A stretch of 64,000 nucleotides of DNA from Microcoleus sp. (GTDB lineage Bacteria; Cyanobacteriota; Cyanobacteriia; Cyanobacteriales; Microcoleaceae): NCBI GenBank assembly GCA_042408215.1, contig JAYFMW010000028.1:32001-96000 (forward strand), read 5' to 3'. Of this stretch, positions 60,003-64,000 are shown piece by piece. The number at the start of each line of letters is the position of its first letter. The stretch's first letter is position 1. The position numbers and the translations under genes are program-made. The notes below the pieces were generated by a model. It had not been told where the DNA came from and did not search any database. It saw only the letters and a program-made list of their open reading frames with translations.

Positions 60003-61162
60003 TTTCTGGTAATTATGCACAGACTAAGAAACCCGGTTTCTGGGAATTACGCACAGCCTAAGAAACCCGGTTTCTACGATAATTTTGGTTGGGAGACGAA
60101 AAATCTGGCAAGAAACCGGGTTTCTGGGAATTACGCACAGCCTAAGAAACCCGGTTTCTACGGAATTACGCACAGACTAAGAAACCCGGTTTCTACGATA
60201 ATTTTGGTTGGGAGACGAAAAATCTGGCAAGAAACCGGGTTTCTGCGGAATTACGCACAGACTAAGAAACCCGGTTTCTACCCACAGCCTAAGAAACCCG
60301 GTTTCTACGATAATTTTGGTTGGGAGACGAAAAATCTGGCAAGAAACCGGGTTTCTGGGAATTACGCACAGCCTAAGAAACCCGGTTTCTACCCACAGAC
60401 TAAGAAACCCGGTTTCTTCGATAATTTTGGTTGGGAGACGAAAAATCTGGCAAGAAACCGGGTTTCTGGGAATTACGCACAGCCTAAGAAACCCGGTTTC
60501 TACCCACAGCCTAAGAAACCCGGTTTCTACGATAATTTTGGTTGGGAGACGAAAAATCTGGCAAGAAACCGGGTTTCTGGGAATTACGCACAGCCTAAGA
60601 AACCCGGTTTCTACGGAATTACGCACAGCCTAAGAAACCCGGTTTCTTCGATCATCTGCGTTGGGAGACGAAAAATCTGGCAAGAAACCGGGTTTCTGGG
60701 AATTACGCACAGACTAAGAAACCCGGTTTCTACGGAATTACGCACAGACTAAGAAACCCGGTTTCTACGATAATTTTGGTTGGGAGACGAAAAATCTGGC
60801 AAGAAACCGGGTTTCTGGGAATTACGCACAGCCTAAGAAACCCGGTTTCTACCCACAGCCTAAGAAACCCGGTTTCTTCGATAATTTTGGTTGGGAGACG
60901 AAAAATCTGGCAAGAAACCGGGTTTCTGGGAATTACGCACAGCCTAAGAAACCCGGTTTCTACCCACAGCCTAAGAAACCCGGTTTCTTCGATAATTTTG
61001 GTTGGGAGACGAAAAATCTGGCAAGAAACCGGGTTTCTGGGAATTACGCACAGCCTAAGAAACCCGGTTTCTACGGAATTACGCACAGACTAAGAAACCC
61101 GGTTTCTACGATAATTTTGGTTGGCATACTAAAGCTCTGAAAATAAACCCGGTTTCTGGGAA
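60003..61162. repeat. Composite tandem array of about 30 AGAAACC(C/G)GGTTTCT palindromes with a 111-bp higher-order unit
   Basis: Modules GGAATTACGCACAG(C/A)CT, ACCCACAG(C/A)CT and CGATAATTTTGGTTGGGAGACGAAAAATCTGGC alternate between the palindromes. Confidence 0.95.
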
Positions 61163-61220
61163 TATTGTCCCCTAAAACTAACAATATTAAACTCTCATTA
61201 TATCACAAATTGTAATTTTT

Positions 61221-61249
61221 TTGCAAACTAAACAACTCTATGGTATACT
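61221..61249 (+). promoter_or_regulatory. Sigma70-type promoter of the rpmH operon
   Basis: TTGCAA - 17 bp - TATACT with an extended -10 TG. Confidence 0.65.
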
Positions 61250-61302
61250 AGAAGATTGTGAATATTAATCAAAAGTAAAGTAACAAGCCCGGAGAAATCA
61301 AA

Positions 61303-61440
61303 ATGACACAGCAAACCCTGCACGGAACCAGCCGCAAAAGAAAAAGAACATCCGGTTTTCGCGCCAGAATGCGTACCGCAACCGGTCGATTAGTCATCAA
61401 GGCCCGCCGCAGCAAAGGTCGCCATCGCCTCGCAGTCTAG
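61303..61440 (+). CDS. rpmH: 50S ribosomal protein L34
   Basis: [52 protein letters not shown]; not in the ORF track. Confidence 0.97.
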   Translation: MTQQTLHGTSRKRKRTSGFRARMRTATGRLVIKARRSKGRHRLAV

Positions 61441-61482
61441 CACTGCATGAAGCGTTGAGGGGCATACCCGATCGCAGCCACT

Positions 61483-61887
61483 ATGTTGCCCGATACAAAC
61501 CGACTCAAGCACCGAAAAGACTTCAGCGCCGTCTACCGCAAAGGAATGCGCCGCAACTCCGCTCATCTAAGTTTAAGAGCTCTGCGTAAACCAAAAAGCG
61601 CTTGCTTAACCAAACCGACAGCGGAAAAATCCTTGCAGCCCACTCGCACAGGCATTTCTATCAGCCTGAAAGTCAGCAAGCGCGCCGTAGTCCGCAACCG
61701 GATCAAGCGCCAGATTCGGGCTGCTTTGCGACAGCTATTGCCCAGATTAAAATTCGGGTGGGATTTAATAATTGTGGTGCGACCGACCGCACAAGAGTGC
61801 AATTATGCAGAAATTCTGCAAGAATTAGAGCAGTTGTTGGTAGAAGCCGAGGTACTAGATGGGAATTCGAGAGGATGTATTTTATGA
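61483..61887 (+). CDS. rnpA: Ribonuclease P protein component
   Basis: NRLKHRKDF...GISISLKVSKRAVVRNRIKRQIR; synteny with rpmH. Confidence 0.96.
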   Translation: MLPDTNRLKHRKDFSAVYRKGMRRNSAHLSLRALRKPKSACLTKPTAEKSLQPTRTGISISLKVSKRAVVRNRIKRQIRAALRQLLPRLKFGWDLIIVVRPTAQECNYAEILQELEQLLVEAEVLDGNSRGCIL

Positions 61888-62251
61888 AGGCGGGCCCGCG
61901 CCCGGTGACTTGATCGTTAACTTACTCCTGGGGCTGACTGTGGTGGGAATTCCCCTCGCAGTGGGAGCAATTGTCCGGGCTCTGTGGCTGCGTTACCGGA
62001 TCACCAGTCGCCGAGTGTCCATAACTAGCGGCTGGATGGGGCGCGATCGCACAGATGTGATCTACTCAGACATAGTAAAAATCGTAACAGTACCACGCGG
62101 TTTTGGCAGTTACGGAGACATGGTGATCACCCTGAAAAGTGGCAGCCGCTTGGAACTCAGAGCCATTCCGAGATTCCGAGAAATGTACGACTACATTAAC
62201 GAAAAACTGCCCGCAGCAGCTCAAAAAGCAAATGCAGCCAAGAATAAATAA
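61859..62251 (+). CDS. Bacterial PH-domain membrane protein
   Basis: MGIREDVFYEGGP...RYRITSRRVSI...YGDMVITL; conserved position between rnpA and yidC in cyanobacteria. Confidence 0.88.
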   Translation: MGIREDVFYEGGPAPGDLIVNLLLGLTVVGIPLAVGAIVRALWLRYRITSRRVSITSGWMGRDRTDVIYSDIVKIVTVPRGFGSYGDMVITLKSGSRLELRAIPRFREMYDYINEKLPAAAQKANAAKNK

Positions 62252-62450
62252 TAGCTTCGCCCTCAAATCACGGTGAAGTTAGTGCGAGTATTGGCACATC
62301 CCTTATCCAAAACCCGAAGAGCGGGCAGTCGATCGAGAGGGCAATGTCCTAAGATAGAGACAAAAGTCTAAAAGTTGAGACAGCCCGTATCCAGCGGTGG
62401 CCAAGAGTTCTCAACAGTAAACACAGAGCACCTAAATTAACTCAAAGCGA

Positions 62451-63599
62451 ATGGATTTTGGTATCTCGTTTCTTTCCAATAACTTAATGCTGCCGATCCT
62501 AGATTTTTTCTACGGTATCGTGCCCAGCTACGGTTTAGCGATCGTAGCTCTAACCCTCGTGATTCGCTTTGCTCTTTATCCTCTCAATGCAGGCTCTCTC
62601 CGCAATATGCGGCGCATGAAAGTAGCGCAGCCATTGATGAAAGAGCGAGTAGATCAAATTCAAAAACTCTACAAAGACAATCCTGCCAAACAGCAGGAGG
62701 AAATGAGCAAGGTATACAAAGAATTCGGTAATCCTCTAGCAGGATGCTTCCCATTAGTGCTGCAAATGCCAGTGCTGTTTGCGCTGTTTGCAACCCTCAG
62801 GGGTTCGCCGTTTTCGGACATAAATTACAGCGTTAACGTCCAAGTCTTGCCCAAAGAACAAATCGAAACTGTTCAACCGCAAGCCTTTGCTACGCCACCC
62901 CAAAATATTTACGTCACAGGTACTTTTCACGCTCCAATTATTGGCGTAATTCCAGGCGGCGACAAACTCGCAGTCGGCGACAAAAGCAAGATTGAATTTC
63001 AAACCCCAGAGGGCAAACCTCTCAACGCCGTAGCGACAGAAAATAAGAGCGAAATAGACTTTGCGCCCCGGTGGAAAGTCATCAAAGGCGAAGAACTGGT
63101 ACAAGTAGATGAACAGGGCAATATCACAGCCTTAGCACCCGGTGAAGCCACAGTTCAAGGCACAATCCCCGGATTAGCTACTAAGAAAGGATTCCTGTTT
63201 ATAGAAGCCCTAGGCCGCGTTGGTGCGATCGACCCTGACGGTACAATCCACTGGGATATTTTGGTCATGATCCTCGGCTTTGGTATTAGTTTGTACATCA
63301 ACCAAACCCTTTCGGGACAAGCACAAGGACCAAACGACAATCCCCAGCAGGCGACAGTCAACAAACTAACGCCAGTCATCTTTTCCGGGATGTTTTTGTT
63401 CTTCCCCCTGCCCGCAGGCGTGTTGATGTATATGCTGATTGCTAACATCTTCCAAACAGTTCAGTCGTTCATTTTGTCGCGAGAACCGCTCCCCGAAAAC
63501 TTGCAAAAAATAGTGGACGAAGCAGAGGCGAAAACCAAAAAAGAGCAGGGATTAGATTCACTTCCCTTTGAACCCGGTCGTTCTAAGAAAAAGGCTTGA
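62451..63599 (+). CDS. yidC: Membrane protein insertase YidC
   Basis: [36 protein letters not shown]. Confidence 0.97.
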   Translation: MDFGISFLSNNLMLPILDFFYGIVPSYGLAIVALTLVIRFALYPLNAGSLRNMRRMKVAQPLMKERVDQIQKLYKDNPAKQQEEMSKVYKEFGNPLAGCFPLVLQMPVLFALFATLRGSPFSDINYSVNVQVLPKEQIETVQPQAFATPPQNIYVTGTFHAPIIGVIPGGDKLAVGDKSKIEFQTPEGKPLNAVATENKSEIDFAPRWKVIKGEELVQVDEQGNITALAPGEATVQGTIPGLATKKGFLFIEALGRVGAIDPDGTIHWDILVMILGFGISLYINQTLSGQAQGPNDNPQQATVNKLTPVIFSGMFLFFPLPAGVLMYMLIANIFQTVQSFILSREPLPENLQKIVDEAEAKTKKEQGLDSLPFEPGRSKKKA

Positions 63600-63606
63600 T
63601 GTTAAC

Positions 63607-64000
63607 ATGAAAGACAGTCAAATGCAGCGCGGACAGCAATGGTTAGAAGAACTGCTACAACTGTCCGCAATTCCCTCAAGGGTAATAGGGCAAAAGCAAG
63701 AAGATTGCTATTGGATGACAATAGATGAAAGCAATCTGACTCCCGAAGAAATTGCAATTTTGGTAGGCCCAAATGGTAATGTACTAGATGCCATTCAGTA
63801 CCTCTGCAACACGGTTCTGAATATAGCTCACGAACCAGATGAGCCCATTGCTTACACAGTTGAACTCAATGGCTATCGAATTCGTCGCCAAGAGGAATTG
63901 CGCTCAATGGCACAATACGCAGCAGAGCAAGCCCGCACAACAGGAGTTGAAGTTGAAATCAAATCCTTATCTTCGGCAGAAAGGCGTCAAATACACAACT
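63607..64000 (+). CDS. jag: Jag/EloR (KH + R3H) RNA-binding protein, 3'-truncated by window edge
   Basis: MKDSQMQRGQQWLEELL...LVGPNGNVLDAIQYL...VELNGYRIRRQEEL...LSSAERRQIH. Confidence 0.9.
   Translation, partial: MKDSQMQRGQQWLEELLQLSAIPSRVIGQKQEDCYWMTIDESNLTPEEIAILVGPNGNVLDAIQYLCNTVLNIAHEPDEPIAYTVELNGYRIRRQEELRSMAQYAAEQARTTGVEVEIKSLSSAERRQIHN

Noticed and set aside
59958..61093. CRISPR array, or protein-coding ORFs (KKPGF / RNPVS / ETGF repeats)
   Set aside because: Linkers recur rather than being unique; the ORFs on both strands are translations of the palindromic 111-bp repeat.

Overview
A 64-kb chromosomal window from a filamentous cyanobacterium. Abundant HIP1 (GCGATCGC), petG, crtO, heptameric STRR repeats and the repeat families suggest an Oscillatoriales (Microcoleus/Tychonema-like) genome; this assignment is an inference. 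Housekeeping content: 3' part of metH, crtO, tRNA-Thr(UGU), sbpA-cysT-cysW, cytM/petG, rfbA plus glycosyltransferases, marR with an EmrA/HlyD-type gene, and the rpmH-rnpA-PH-yidC-jag operon. Accessory content: a co-oriented block of an RTX Ca-binding protein, three large TPR-glycosyltransferase fusions and methyltransferases (candidate surface-protein glycosylation locus); a 2067-aa DUF4347/SdrD-B/RTX adhesin; and a DUF433/DUF5615/Uma2 cluster. Small repeats are dense: GTAG-type REP hairpins (two doublets read through in frame inside a gene), TIR-bounded MITE-like elements, a 13 x 74-bp tandem array and a ~1.15-kb palindromic composite array. Neither array is a CRISPR. Four genes are disrupted (a methyltransferase, KirBac, cysT, emrA-like); the single-lesion cases may be sequencing errors. 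The supplied ORF track puts 47705..48085 on '+', but the sequence shows it is on '-'. No integrase, transposase or Cas gene was seen.
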